DNA from: a bacterium
GTDB taxonomy: Bacteria; Babelota; Babeliae; Babelales; GCA-2401785
NCBI GenBank assembly: GCA_023249975.1
Contig: JAHFBP010000001.1
Coordinates: 69,870-133,869, forward strand
DNA length: 64,000 nucleotides
Reading direction: 5' to 3'
Position 1 is the stretch's first letter; every line of letters starts with the position of its first letter. The notes under the pieces were generated by a model, which did not search any database, was not told the DNA's origin, and saw only the letters and a program-made list of their open reading frames with translations. The position numbers and the translations under genes were made by a program. Shown piece by piece: positions 20,301 through 29,212 of the stretch.

Positions 20301-21835
20301 ATTGCGGCAAGTGCGTTTTGTTCAACGGGAACCTCCGCTACAATGCAATCCCCCTTCATGATTACAGCCTTGGTATTATTAAACCCCCCAATAATTACTT
20401 TCCACACATATTGAGCAGGCGAAAGCTTGGTCGAACCAAATACTATTTGAAGATTTGCCGCATCTTCAACTTGTGCCCTAAACATAATAGAAGTACTCAT
20501 TGGTGTTGCCAAAGGAGTCTGAAGCCAGGCTGCCCCAAGATTCATAAGGCGACTCAGTTTTAAGCTTGTTTGATAATTGAAATTTTCAATGCGCTGTTGC
20601 GCAAAACCACTAATCACTGGTCGATCACGAACATATACTCGAAATGCTCCCGTTGGAGCATCAAATGGCAACATATTTTGAAGCGTATCTCGAAATGAAC
20701 CCTTGGCGCTCACCGTTAGTGCCGCAAGCCCTGCACTTGCTGCACCAAGCCCTCCAACCGCTAACGCAACCAGCCCGATGCTCTTTGCACTTGCAATCCC
20801 AGCTCCTCTATCGGCCGCACTTCGAGAAGCCTCTTTAGTGTCCCCATCGGCACTAATAGTTGCCATTTTTACACTTTGAGCATTGCGAGTAATCATTTTT
20901 TCTCTGAATTTTTGCTGAATTTTTTTTGCAGCTTCATCTTTTGTTACAGATGTAGCATTTTTTGCTTTTTCTATTGTTTCAGCCTTTTTTTCAGCAGCAA
21001 ACTTATCCTTCTTTTTTTCAGCAGCAGCCTTATCCTTGTTGTCCTGAACCTGCTTATCATAACCCTCCTTAATATGCTTATCTGCAAAACGCTGCAATAC
21101 ACTACCAGAAGTCTGTACCTTTACAGCTGCTTGCCGAGCCTCAAGCTCTACTTGAGTTCTTTTACTTTCATCAATTTGTTTCTTAATTTTTTTTGCTTCA
21201 TCTGAGTCTTGATCTTTATGCTCAAGCAACTTATTACTTAAATCGTTCTGTTTTTGCCTATGCTTATCAATACCTTTTTCATTAGCTCGATAATCAAGAG
21301 ACCGCGAAACTATTGCATCTTTTTCGGCAAATTGTTTTTTGAGCTTTTCATCATTTGGATTGTCTTCAAGTTGCTTTTTAAGCTCCCTGCGATTTTGTAT
21401 TTCTTTATCTAATTCATTGGGATTTTCTATCAATCCCTTACGCTCTTGTCCCACAATTTTTTTTACTGCCTTATTGGCTTGAGAGTTAAGGGCATACATA
21501 AGAGCCGCAGACCCCATCATCCCAAGGCTAGCCAAAAAGGTTTGTGCTTTTGCTGGCTCTGGATCTAATTGGATATTATCAGAATTTCCGCCATTGGCCC
21601 CAATTCGATAATCTTTGTTGGAAAAAGAAACTACTATAGGAAAATCAGAATTATTTTCTATGCGTTCGATAATCCCCCAGCCATGATTAGCTTTGGCAAA
21701 AAAATCCTGATTAACTTGATCACTTGCCTCTTGCATGTCCTGATCGGTAAGCGGAAAGCACTCATGAAGTGTATTGCCACAAAGAATAATTGTTAAAAAT
21801 ATGGCAATTTTTTTTCGATAGCCATTGTCATACAT
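17312..21835 (-). CDS. Giant secreted protein (1507 aa): K/E-rich coiled-coil N-region followed by three FAMeT-like repeats. Paralog of 12605-16405.
   Basis: Signal peptide MYDNGYRKKIAIFLTIILCGN. Long KEKKDK charged region. Modules with VWKVIIGGFNNTKAVI, PYWVSVDNGLIVAGAG and VLEWVDPYP. Pro/Ala-rich C-terminus. Confidence 0.85.
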   Translation of the reverse strand: MYDNGYRKKIAIFLTIILCGNTLHECFPLTDQDMQEASDQVNQDFFAKANHGWGIIERIENNSDFPIVVSFSNKDYRIGANGGNSDNIQLDPEPAKAQTFLASLGMMGSAALMYALNSQANKAVKKIVGQERKGLIENPNELDKEIQNRRELKKQLEDNPNDEKLKKQFAEKDAIVSRSLDYRANEKGIDKHRQKQNDLSNKLLEHKDQDSDEAKKIKKQIDESKRTQVELEARQAAVKVQTSGSVLQRFADKHIKEGYDKQVQDNKDKAAAEKKKDKFAAEKKAETIEKAKNATSVTKDEAAKKIQQKFREKMITRNAQSVKMATISADGDTKEASRSAADRGAGIASAKSIGLVALAVGGLGAASAGLAALTVSAKGSFRDTLQNMLPFDAPTGAFRVYVRDRPVISGFAQQRIENFNYQTSLKLSRLMNLGAAWLQTPLATPMSTSIMFRAQVEDAANLQIVFGSTKLSPAQYVWKVIIGGFNNTKAVIMKGDCIVAEVPVEQNALAAIPPGMHMPYWVSVDNGLIVAGAGAIPGENIIIAWADPAPPAEVDRIGFSNFKTNVEIVEVQLGPPIKATKQSKVYTAIEKPGVLSVGMDAPLWLDKPLREDGRGCVTFEARGQGQVVLNLKSDDSQGVISADKASVIQVSFGANNLDGISLWKMNEKGEYEETVLATPVAFIQEALDPDQWKKFWVSLFYDYMVIGHGEPGEKIMAILRIDQLASMKKIGFFLNDASTGEIQNVSIGSPVQLGMQVAAGFKQRDNFAGVINVAFPFSYHFDQKGQQIECYDAIAQETWYPGKTPQQAASYFFRLIIKPDGTPEIGDWSRQPKNAQVFLKNLAVFGARTIIGTTLSAAAEIGNVPYQDGDPVGMALSAVNAAASIASASAFVAGSVGVATLEANNTFGYRPHDNYVFTEKIQTSVRGKAGVIPQEAQDNKTLFDDKMHKLEQFNPGIARDYEYYISILQQAIMLITHPVILGQAQDKVALKNKLFGMIKQVYDQGIQHVKNMEARNAANTPLKYDQYGIPETRWAAPEMFKKQIVALLVEARENAYLLDRRDEMDLKRKTLWTGWIQQLIQELFEKGKDLTVRPLFGEYIWLSNIQLPQPGRGSVYFEASGLSDIFVGLIPQPQDVRNTDVDFYECVFGGMANQKTFIRTYSLGHSVATVSSDDNINAALTPNVLEKFWVSVNDGVVKLGHGPWGTGKVLEWVDPYPIKTQYLGFSTWAIPVTFANIKVGPPVTNETDLSYLVEVKQKGPSAIETAATALEKEKAATLALSFEDITKSDKLAQDSKAEKIDILSTKKTDFDELAYDELSYDPLTLEGWDYTFGPPPVLAERKAARQVAETGFTPIVRAAQRVKGGAAGQSIMNAQGAAFLAKQDKHMLKGEIAFFKEKGGLKSALKTAFKDAKKESKDAYEQEKVATAKAREAIKSGAVSAALKKIATDAIKKKDPAVIKKSSTVQSPTPAAVPTGVSAQAPTTAPAPPPAATGAAATEQGSDGMPK

Positions 21836-21930
21836 TGCAGCACATCCTTGATCCTGATCAAATTATCAGTCCAATCATCAGCAATCAAGGGACAGCAATG
21901 CAAGAGTTGTGCAAAAGGAAAAGAAGAGTG

Positions 21931-21965
21931 AAAAGCAAAAAGGCCCAGTCTATGATGACTGGGCC
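21931..21965 (-). terminator. Rho-independent terminator downstream of the OMP gene
   Basis: Hairpin GGCCCAGTC...GACTGGGCC with a flanking A-run on plus (U-run on the minus transcript), ~90 bp past the stop of the 22055-22753 gene. Confidence 0.6.
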
Positions 21966-22054
21966 TTTTAAATTCTACAAAAACTTTATTTCAAAGTTCT
22001 CGCGAAAAATAGTTATCACGCACAGCGCAATACTACCTAGCTAGTGGTGTCGAA

Positions 22055-22753
22055 TTAGAACGAAAAACCAACAGTAGCTGAAACACTAGGTGCCTTGAAA
22101 GCTGAATAGCCTTTGGCAAGTGAATCTGATTCTGCTGCAACTTTAAGGTTTACAGGATAGCTTTCGCTGTTAACTTTGTAACCAACTGATGCTTCTACTT
22201 TGTGAGTAAATTTATCATCTTGAACGTTTTTATATCCAAGGTTGTAACCAGTCTTAACTGTAAATCCTGACATTCCATATTTTACGCCAGTTGAGTATTT
22301 AGCATGATGAACTGAAGAAGCGTCAGCAGATTTTGGTTGGAAAGCGTAGTTAGCATCTGCCACTACTGAGAAATCACCATAGGTTGTTTCTGCAACTGTG
22401 TAGCTACCATCAACACCAAGACCAAGTTTATAGCAATTGCGATCAACTGCAGCTTTGGCATATGCGCCAACTACAGCTGAATCATTTAAGTCAAAATCAT
22501 GTCCAACAACAAGATCACCTTTTGAAAGGCCCCTTTTGTTCAAACCATCAACTGAAACAGTTGTACGACCGTAAACTTCTTGTCCGTACACATCAGCAGA
22601 AACTTCAGCACCAAGACGTTGTGTGAAAGCTTTTGATGCATATGAAGTTGTTGTATCAAGAGCAATGCGGTTAGTCAAAGCAGCTTGAGCATTTGAACCA
22701 AAAAATCCAAGTGACAAGAAAGCTAGTGAAAGAAGTGAATTTGTATTTTTCAT
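22055..22753 (-). CDS. Outer-membrane beta-barrel protein (porin/OmpA-like family, about 230 aa)
   Basis: Signal peptide MKNTNSLLSLAFLSLGFFGSNAQA. Alternating amphipathic beta-strand pattern rich in Y/G/S/T. C-terminal Phe (…ATVGFSF). Confidence 0.75.
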   Translation of the reverse strand: MKNTNSLLSLAFLSLGFFGSNAQAALTNRIALDTTTSYASKAFTQRLGAEVSADVYGQEVYGRTTVSVDGLNKRGLSKGDLVVGHDFDLNDSAVVGAYAKAAVDRNCYKLGLGVDGSYTVAETTYGDFSVVADANYAFQPKSADASSVHHAKYSTGVKYGMSGFTVKTGYNLGYKNVQDDKFTHKVEASVGYKVNSESYPVNLKVAAESDSLAKGYSAFKAPSVSATVGFSF

Positions 22754-22943
22754 GGGAAAACTTCCAAATAAGAATAAAAGAACAAGCACCACTACATGCT
22801 AGGACACTACGGGCAAATCGTACCGCACTCCGCCAGAAAAGTCAAAGTGTAAAAAAGTTGATTTTTCCTTGATACAAAGGGCTTTTTTGCTGTTTTTTGC
22901 CACCTTATCCCACCGTAAGTATTTCTATATGGATAATAATTAT

Positions 22944-23360
22944 TTAAAAAGCCCTTTGCAGCAACACTTTTGCTATCGAAAATTCATGCTCGTGCGTAAC
23001 ACAGGCCATTATTACAAGGTTTTTTGAATATGAAATTTCAACATTTAATAAATTCCATGCTACATAAATTTCAACACCACCCCATGATGCCCGCGCAGTT
23101 GACACTGCACGACAAACTAATAAAAAAGGAGGTGTTGTGATGTTACATTGAGCAAAAGACTGACTTAGTGCCTTGAAAAACGCTTCCTTGAGTGCAAAAC
23201 GTGATCCAATAAACAGCTGGGCCTGAACTGAATTTTTGATTGACCGATACGAATCAATCTCACTTTGTGAAAAAACTTTTCTCAGCCGCGCATCTGAAAA
23301 TGTATGCCAATGCTCAAATCGAGCAATTTTTACCAGGTCTATGCCAATACCAAGTACCAT
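22944..23360 (-). CDS. acpS: Holo-[acyl-carrier-protein] synthase
   Basis: MVLGIGIDLVKIARF N-terminus is the AcpS signature. About 138 aa. Confidence 0.8.
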   Translation of the reverse strand: MVLGIGIDLVKIARFEHWHTFSDARLRKVFSQSEIDSYRSIKNSVQAQLFIGSRFALKEAFFKALSQSFAQCNITTPPFLLVCRAVSTARASWGGVEIYVAWNLLNVEISYSKNLVIMACVTHEHEFSIAKVLLQRAF

Positions 23361-23365
23361 AAAAC

Positions 23366-24898
23366 TCAATCTATCTTTTTATCCAAACACCGATAAGTTA
23401 GCGCTTCTTGCAAATGAACCCGCTCAATTAACTCTGATTGACTAAAGTCAGCAATGGTGCGCGCAACTTTCAAAATCTTGTGGTAAGAGCGCATGCTCAT
23501 GGAGAGTTTATCAAATGCCAAGCGTATGAGTTTTTCTGCATCTTCACTCAAAACACAATACTGCTCAATTTGTTGTGAGCTCAAATGCGCATTAAAAATG
23601 CCGCCCTGACGGGCTTGTTGCACTTTGATGGCCGCATCAACTTCCGCACGCATTTGCTCAGAACTACGCTCTTTGGATTGATCAATACCTTTAATTTCAT
23701 CATAACAAACTGATGCAACACTCACATGCAAGTCAATTCGATCAAGCAAGGGCCCCGACAACCTGCCAAAATAACGCGCAATAGCCTGGGGTGAACAAAT
23801 ACATGTACGCTTTGCATCACTAAAATAACCACAAGGACAAGGATTGAGTGCCGCCACCAATAAAAATGATGCCGGAAATTCAACGGAAGAATTGGCTCTT
23901 GAAATTAAAACTTTTTTGCACTCAAGTGGCTGACGCAAACCTTCAAGCGTTGCTCGCCTGAATTCTGTCAGTTCATCAAGAAACAAAACCCCATGATGCG
24001 CCAGACTGATCTCTCCTGGAGTTGGGCCGGTGCCGCCACCTATTAATCCTGCTTGTGTAATCGTGTGATGTGGTGACCGAAATGGACGTTCTGCTACCAA
24101 ATTTTCACCACTCAATTGACCTGCAATTGAATACACTTTGGTTGCTTCAATAACTTCATCAAATCCAAGTGACGGCAAGATGGTCGCCAATCGCTTGGCC
24201 AACATCGTTTTTCCACCACCGGGTGACCCAATAAATAAAATGTTATGCAATCCAGCTGCGGCAAATTGTAATGCGCGCTTGGCCTGCCACTGCCCTTTGA
24301 CTTGATTAAAATCAAGAAGATGTTGCCCTCGTGATTTTTTAATAAAATTATCAAATGTCGGCTCAGCTGGCTTGATTTCAATTTCATGCCGCAAATACGC
24401 AACCAACTGACTTAATGAGGCAACCCCGATTACCTCAAGCCCCGTAATCAAACTTGCTTCAATAGTGTTGGCCAATGGAACAACAATGCGTTTCTTGCCA
24501 AGCTTGAGAGCTCCATGGGCCACAGAGAGTACCCCACAAACACTGCGTATGGTGCCATCAAGAGACAATTCACCCAGAAAAATGGTGTCGTGCAAAAAAT
24601 CTTGAGAAAGCTGCAATTCACGCGAAGCCAACATAATGGCAATGGCGATGGGGACATCAAATAAAATATCACGTTTTTTCAAATGAGCTGGAGCCAAATT
24701 GACGGTAACGAGCTTGTCGGGAAACTTCAAGCCCGTATTTTTAAATGAAGCCCGAACCCGTTCCCTTGATTCGCTAATCGCTTTGTCAGGAAGCCCAACA
24801 ATAAAAAAATTGGCCATGCCAAATGAGATATCAACCTCAACTTCAATCAATGAAGCCGTAATTCCAATAGTTGTAGCAGAAAAAACACGCGCGTGCAT
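23366..24898 (-). CDS. yifB: YifB/ComM family Mg-chelatase-like AAA+ ATPase
   Basis: 510 aa. N-terminal Lon-protease-like domain, Walker A IGSPGGGKTMLAKR, C-terminal Mg-chelatase ChlI-like region. Confidence 0.9.
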   Translation of the reverse strand: MHARVFSATTIGITASLIEVEVDISFGMANFFIVGLPDKAISESRERVRASFKNTGLKFPDKLVTVNLAPAHLKKRDILFDVPIAIAIMLASRELQLSQDFLHDTIFLGELSLDGTIRSVCGVLSVAHGALKLGKKRIVVPLANTIEASLITGLEVIGVASLSQLVAYLRHEIEIKPAEPTFDNFIKKSRGQHLLDFNQVKGQWQAKRALQFAAAGLHNILFIGSPGGGKTMLAKRLATILPSLGFDEVIEATKVYSIAGQLSGENLVAERPFRSPHHTITQAGLIGGGTGPTPGEISLAHHGVLFLDELTEFRRATLEGLRQPLECKKVLISRANSSVEFPASFLLVAALNPCPCGYFSDAKRTCICSPQAIARYFGRLSGPLLDRIDLHVSVASVCYDEIKGIDQSKERSSEQMRAEVDAAIKVQQARQGGIFNAHLSSQQIEQYCVLSEDAEKLIRLAFDKLSMSMRSYHKILKVARTIADFSQSELIERVHLQEALTYRCLDKKID

Positions 24899-24926
24899 AA
24901 TAATCTTCGATGGTTAAAATTTAAAG

Positions 24927-26009
24927 TTAATCTAAATAGATCCTTGATCTCAAAGGACGTCCTGCACGCCGATCAGCTGCAATGTCTTGCTCAATTTGCT
25001 CAGCATACTTTGACATTAAGTCATGATATTCTACAGCCTCACAATCCTTGAGATATTCTGCATCTGCAACAAACGCATCACAAGCTCTTAAAAATTGAGA
25101 ACTTTCTCCAGCTTCATCATACGAAATTGCTCGACGTTGCTTGGCATGATCCCGTTCAGCTTCATCACAAGCTCTTATAAGCTCTAAATCTTCTTCAGAA
25201 ATAACCAGATTTTGCACGGGATCAGCAACTCCAAATGCTATGGCTAAACTTCTTTTTCGACTCTGCCAATCTAAATGGGATTGTCCCATTTCTGCCTGAT
25301 TACAATACTTTATGTCTGCAAAATCACGTATCTCAGCAATATACAGATTCACTAAATCTTCAATAGCTCGCCTTACTGGTATATACGCTAAATCATGCCC
25401 AATATGGGCATCAGTCACCCTAAGTGCAAGATCTCTAAAACATTCCAATTTACTCAAACAATAGGTTGGATTGTCTTTACGATTATGAATATCAATGTTT
25501 TCATAATTTTCGCAAGCTGCAGCACGAGTCCAATTGAATGACCCAGAAATAACTTCATCATCAACAATCACCATCTTGTGATGAATCATTTTTTCTTTTT
25601 TGGCGCTTTTAATCAAATAAACACGATCAGGATATCTGTGCACAAGCTCCTTAAGGTCAAGAATTGCATTGTTAAGAGTAAGGCGACCCTTTGGAGTTGA
25701 AGCTTTATCATAAATAACAACAACTTTTAGATTTTGATTGTGACGCACAGCATCTACAATTGCACGAGTAAAATGATTATCGGTCAACATATACATCGCA
25801 ACAAAAATAACATTTTTTGCGCCAGCAAGCTTTTCACAAATAAACTCGCGAATATCATGCTCAGGGGTATGCATTGTTCGTGGGGAACTAGAAAAAAAGC
25901 TTTCTCGTGGTGGAGTCTGAAAACCAACTGCCGGAGGTAACACAGGCTGAACTGTTGTTGAGACTAGTATCGAAAAAAGTAAGGCTAGGCTTTTTATGGT
26001 GGAATTCAT
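24927..26009 (-). CDS. Secreted phospholipase D/nuclease-superfamily protein with a single HKD motif and a ~180-aa C-terminal extension
   Basis: Signal peptide MNSTIKSLALLFSILVSTTVQP. HHKMVIVDD...GSFNWT matches HxK(x4)D(x6)GSxN. Confidence 0.7.
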   Translation of the reverse strand: MNSTIKSLALLFSILVSTTVQPVLPPAVGFQTPPRESFFSSSPRTMHTPEHDIREFICEKLAGAKNVIFVAMYMLTDNHFTRAIVDAVRHNQNLKVVVIYDKASTPKGRLTLNNAILDLKELVHRYPDRVYLIKSAKKEKMIHHKMVIVDDEVISGSFNWTRAAACENYENIDIHNRKDNPTYCLSKLECFRDLALRVTDAHIGHDLAYIPVRRAIEDLVNLYIAEIRDFADIKYCNQAEMGQSHLDWQSRKRSLAIAFGVADPVQNLVISEEDLELIRACDEAERDHAKQRRAISYDEAGESSQFLRACDAFVADAEYLKDCEAVEYHDLMSKYAEQIEQDIAADRRAGRPLRSRIYLD

Positions 26010-26240
26010 ATACAATTTCTTCAAGATACGAATAAAAATAATCAAATTTCATGATGAGTAAAAATAATAAAACAAAACAGGCAAATAGGCTTTTTTTTTT
26101 ACAAAAGGCCACTTTTTATCATTTTTATGCGCACCAACCTTCACGGCATTACAACATGGCTATACTTGAAACACTGGACATGTTAGAATATTTCACATAG
26201 TACACAAAACAACAGGGGAACAATATTAATGAAGGATGTT

Positions 26241-26792
26241 ATGAAAAAACAGTTTTTAACTATTATAAGCATACTTATACTGACACAATCAACGCCAATG
26301 CAAGCTGTTCATCGCAGCCGCGCAACAGCTTCTCAATCACGTAACACTGAACCATCCGAAACTTACGAGCCTGGGATTGAAGAAAAATGTACTTTTTGCC
26401 CTGGACGCACAAGTCCCAACCACCCACATCTGTGCGAAAATTGCGAAGAAATCCTTGAAGATATACATCTTACTAGGCAGGCCGAGTTCGACAATGGTTC
26501 ACTGGACAGCACACCCAGAGGATCAAATACAGCAACTCCACAAACGGGGACTTCTCTTGAAAAATTATCGCCATTTGGATCATTGCACTGTTCCACAAAA
26601 ACAAGGTACGGTCGCCATCAAACAGCCCCTCAAGCACCAAAAAGTTCTCCGATTAGACGCCAAGACGAAAATGTACTACTCAATCAACATATAAAATCTC
26701 ACCTAAAATCTCACCAACTCTTTGCCCAAGCTGACTCAGCAGACGACGAGCCCTTCTTTTTTGGAGACCTTGACGAAGAAGCGCAGAAATAA
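26241..26792 (+). CDS. Hypothetical secreted low-complexity protein (about 183 aa)
   Basis: Signal peptide MKKQFLTIISILILTQSTPMQA. S/T/P/Q-rich. CxxC...CxxC (CTFCPGR...CENCEE) near the N-terminus. Confidence 0.5.
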   Translation: MKKQFLTIISILILTQSTPMQAVHRSRATASQSRNTEPSETYEPGIEEKCTFCPGRTSPNHPHLCENCEEILEDIHLTRQAEFDNGSLDSTPRGSNTATPQTGTSLEKLSPFGSLHCSTKTRYGRHQTAPQAPKSSPIRRQDENVLLNQHIKSHLKSHQLFAQADSADDEPFFFGDLDEEAQK

Positions 26793-26793
26793 C

Positions 26794-27879
26794 TCAACTT
26801 TTAATCATTGCAACATACGCCAAATTACGTGATCGCGCCCAAGCGGTCAAAAAACTATCCAGAGGGCATCTTCGTAAGGTGTCCTCATTTTTTTTGTGAT
26901 CCGAATCAATCAACACGACCTCTTTTGTTGTATTGTCCCACCCAATCACCAACACAAAATGGCCCTTGGTATATGGCTTGGTTCCACTGGCAATTTCTCC
27001 GCGCACACTCACCGGCACAGGGATTCCTTTGTGTAAATAGTGATATAAATCTTTGAATGAATTAAGACGCTCAACTCGGACATTCACCTTGCCATCCAGC
27101 TCATGGTATGCCTGCGCAACATTAAACAACCAGTTTCCATAGATATGCAACGCCCCATTGTCATACACCTTTTCTGCAAATCGAACCACGCCCTGGTCAA
27201 GAGCGATATCATTTTTTTTGCCTAATGTGCGCTTGAGATACCTTACCAAAAGCATTGTGGCAGTTGGTGAACAAAATGCAGGACAACGGTGATGTTTTAA
27301 CAAATGCTGCGACTGCAGCTCAATGTCCCGAAGAAGGATTGATGATTTGTTAAAATGATTCTTTTTGCGAAACAATGCGTCAGTCGAAGTGGCTGCGCAC
27401 AATTGGTTTACACAATTTAATTGCGCGCCATCCTCTGCGCAAACCTCAAACTTCAATCCCGTAGCTTTATGCTTTTTCTGAACATCAAATCGAACATATT
27501 GAGCATAAGCCTTAGATTTTTTTTTGCCGAAGCCGAATGATCGCTGTTCATCCAGTGCCCATGTCGCAAACTTTTGCAATGGCGACCAAGTGCCATCAAC
27601 TAACAAACTTCCCTTAAATGAAAGCTGTCCGACTAAAGGGCGGCGTGCGTTCCATGAAAAAATGCATTCAGTAAAGGGATCACATTTGGTGCACTCCCAC
27701 AACAGGGTCTTTGTATGATTTTTATTATGATTTTTATGGGGATGATAAATGTAGGTCTTGGAAAATTGATGTGAATTTAAAGGCGCAGCGCCCAAGGTTA
27801 TTAATAAAGACAGAAAAAGACTCTTACTTGCCCACGCAAAATTTTTGAAACACAAGATCAAGTGTTTTTTCTGAGACAT
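26794..27879 (-). CDS. Secreted papain-like cysteine peptidase, C39-like domain
   Basis: Catalytic-Cys region HRCPAFCSPTATMLLVRYL resembles CGPTSLAMVLNYL of C39-like peptidases. His motif GHFVLVIGWD follows. N-terminal hydrophobic signal. The 5' end overlaps the mnmE 3' end. Confidence 0.55.
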   Translation of the reverse strand: MSQKKHLILCFKNFAWASKSLFLSLLITLGAAPLNSHQFSKTYIYHPHKNHNKNHTKTLLWECTKCDPFTECIFSWNARRPLVGQLSFKGSLLVDGTWSPLQKFATWALDEQRSFGFGKKKSKAYAQYVRFDVQKKHKATGLKFEVCAEDGAQLNCVNQLCAATSTDALFRKKNHFNKSSILLRDIELQSQHLLKHHRCPAFCSPTATMLLVRYLKRTLGKKNDIALDQGVVRFAEKVYDNGALHIYGNWLFNVAQAYHELDGKVNVRVERLNSFKDLYHYLHKGIPVPVSVRGEIASGTKPYTKGHFVLVIGWDNTTKEVVLIDSDHKKNEDTLRRCPLDSFLTAWARSRNLAYVAMIKS

Positions 27880-29206
27880 GTTTACCTGCAAGTTGTGACA
27901 ACTGAATCAGCATATCCTTTGCAGTATACGCAACCAGCTCATATTGCCCACCCTGCTGTGTAAGATTTTGAATATCATGAATCTTACGTATCAAAGTTTC
28001 AATGGTTGCACGATGCCGCTCATTCAATAAATAAGGCGTTGCTCCAACTTGAGTGCAATGTGTGATCTTAGATTCGATCAACGAAATAAGCTCTTCAATT
28101 CCACGCTCTTGTAGAGCAGAAACTTTATGGACTGACTCAAAAATATCATCTTGAGCTTTTATGACACCCTCACACTTGGATGCCACCACAATAATCTTGT
28201 CGCCATATTGTGCGCTAATTTCTTGATAGCGTTCACGTTCCTGGTCAGACATAACTCGTGACGCATCAAAAACCAAAACGACCACATCTGCCTTGGCCGC
28301 TTCTTCATGCGTCCGAAGAATGCCTTCTTGTTCAATGACTTCGTCCGTTTTGCGCAAGCCGGCCGTATCGACAACTGTCCACAAAATTCCATTGACTGAA
28401 AGCCCTGCTTCAATAGTATCGCGTGTGGTACCTGCCTGAGGGCTTACAATCGCACGTTTTTTGCCGATCACGGCATTAAACAATGTCGATTTTCCCACAT
28501 TAACTGTACCGACAAGAACAATACGCACACCTTCACGCACATGTTGTTGCCCTGCAAAACCATGATGTAATTTTTTTATTTTTGAATAGACAAGTTCAAT
28601 CTGATCCAAAATTCTTTGCCCATGCCCAAAATCAACCTGCTCTTCTTCCAAGAACTCAAAGCTCACTTCAGACAATACCACCAAAAACTCAAGATCATTT
28701 TGCAATTGAGCAAACTGAGCGGACAAACTTCCTTCAACCTGACCTAGTGCCTTTTCAACTGCAGCTTCAGATTGAGCGGCAATCAACTCGGCGATTGACT
28801 CGGCTTGGACAAGGTCAATTTTACCATTTATCACAGCCTGACGAGTGAATTCACCGCGTTGCGCAATGCGTGCACCAGCTTTGACTAATGACTGAATGGT
28901 TCGATCGATTAAAAGATTATTGTTGTGTCCAGTGATCTCAACGGTGTCATATCCCGTGAATGTGCGAGGAGCTCTCATGAGCATGAAAAGCACTTCGTCG
29001 ACTTTAACATGTCCATCCATCACAAAACCATGATGAATGGTATGGCTGACGGCATCAACCAGTTTCTTTTTTGAAGTGAGCAAGGCGCATGTATCGGCTA
29101 TCTCAACAGCGCCTGGCCCCGAAATTCGTATCATAGACAGCGCGCCCGATCCACGTGGCGTACACAAAGCAACCACGGCCTCATGATTAAGCGACACCGA
29201 CTTCAT
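27824..29206 (-). CDS. mnmE: tRNA modification GTPase MnmE (TrmE)
   Basis: 460 aa. G-domain motifs GTVNVGKSTLFNA and DTAGLR. C-terminal FCVGK matches the MnmE C(I/V)GK tail. Confidence 0.93.
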   Translation of the reverse strand: MKSVSLNHEAVVALCTPRGSGALSMIRISGPGAVEIADTCALLTSKKKLVDAVSHTIHHGFVMDGHVKVDEVLFMLMRAPRTFTGYDTVEITGHNNNLLIDRTIQSLVKAGARIAQRGEFTRQAVINGKIDLVQAESIAELIAAQSEAAVEKALGQVEGSLSAQFAQLQNDLEFLVVLSEVSFEFLEEEQVDFGHGQRILDQIELVYSKIKKLHHGFAGQQHVREGVRIVLVGTVNVGKSTLFNAVIGKKRAIVSPQAGTTRDTIEAGLSVNGILWTVVDTAGLRKTDEVIEQEGILRTHEEAAKADVVVLVFDASRVMSDQERERYQEISAQYGDKIIVVASKCEGVIKAQDDIFESVHKVSALQERGIEELISLIESKITHCTQVGATPYLLNERHRATIETLIRKIHDIQNLTQQGGQYELVAYTAKDMLIQLSQLAGKHVSEKTLDLVFQKFCVGK

Positions 29207-29212
29207 AATTAT

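Noticed and set aside
13546-21205. Numerous 60-150-aa ORFs inside or antisense to the two giant genes
   Set aside because: They are embedded in long uninterrupted frames whose translations show conserved repeated domains. The embedded ORFs have biased or junk composition.
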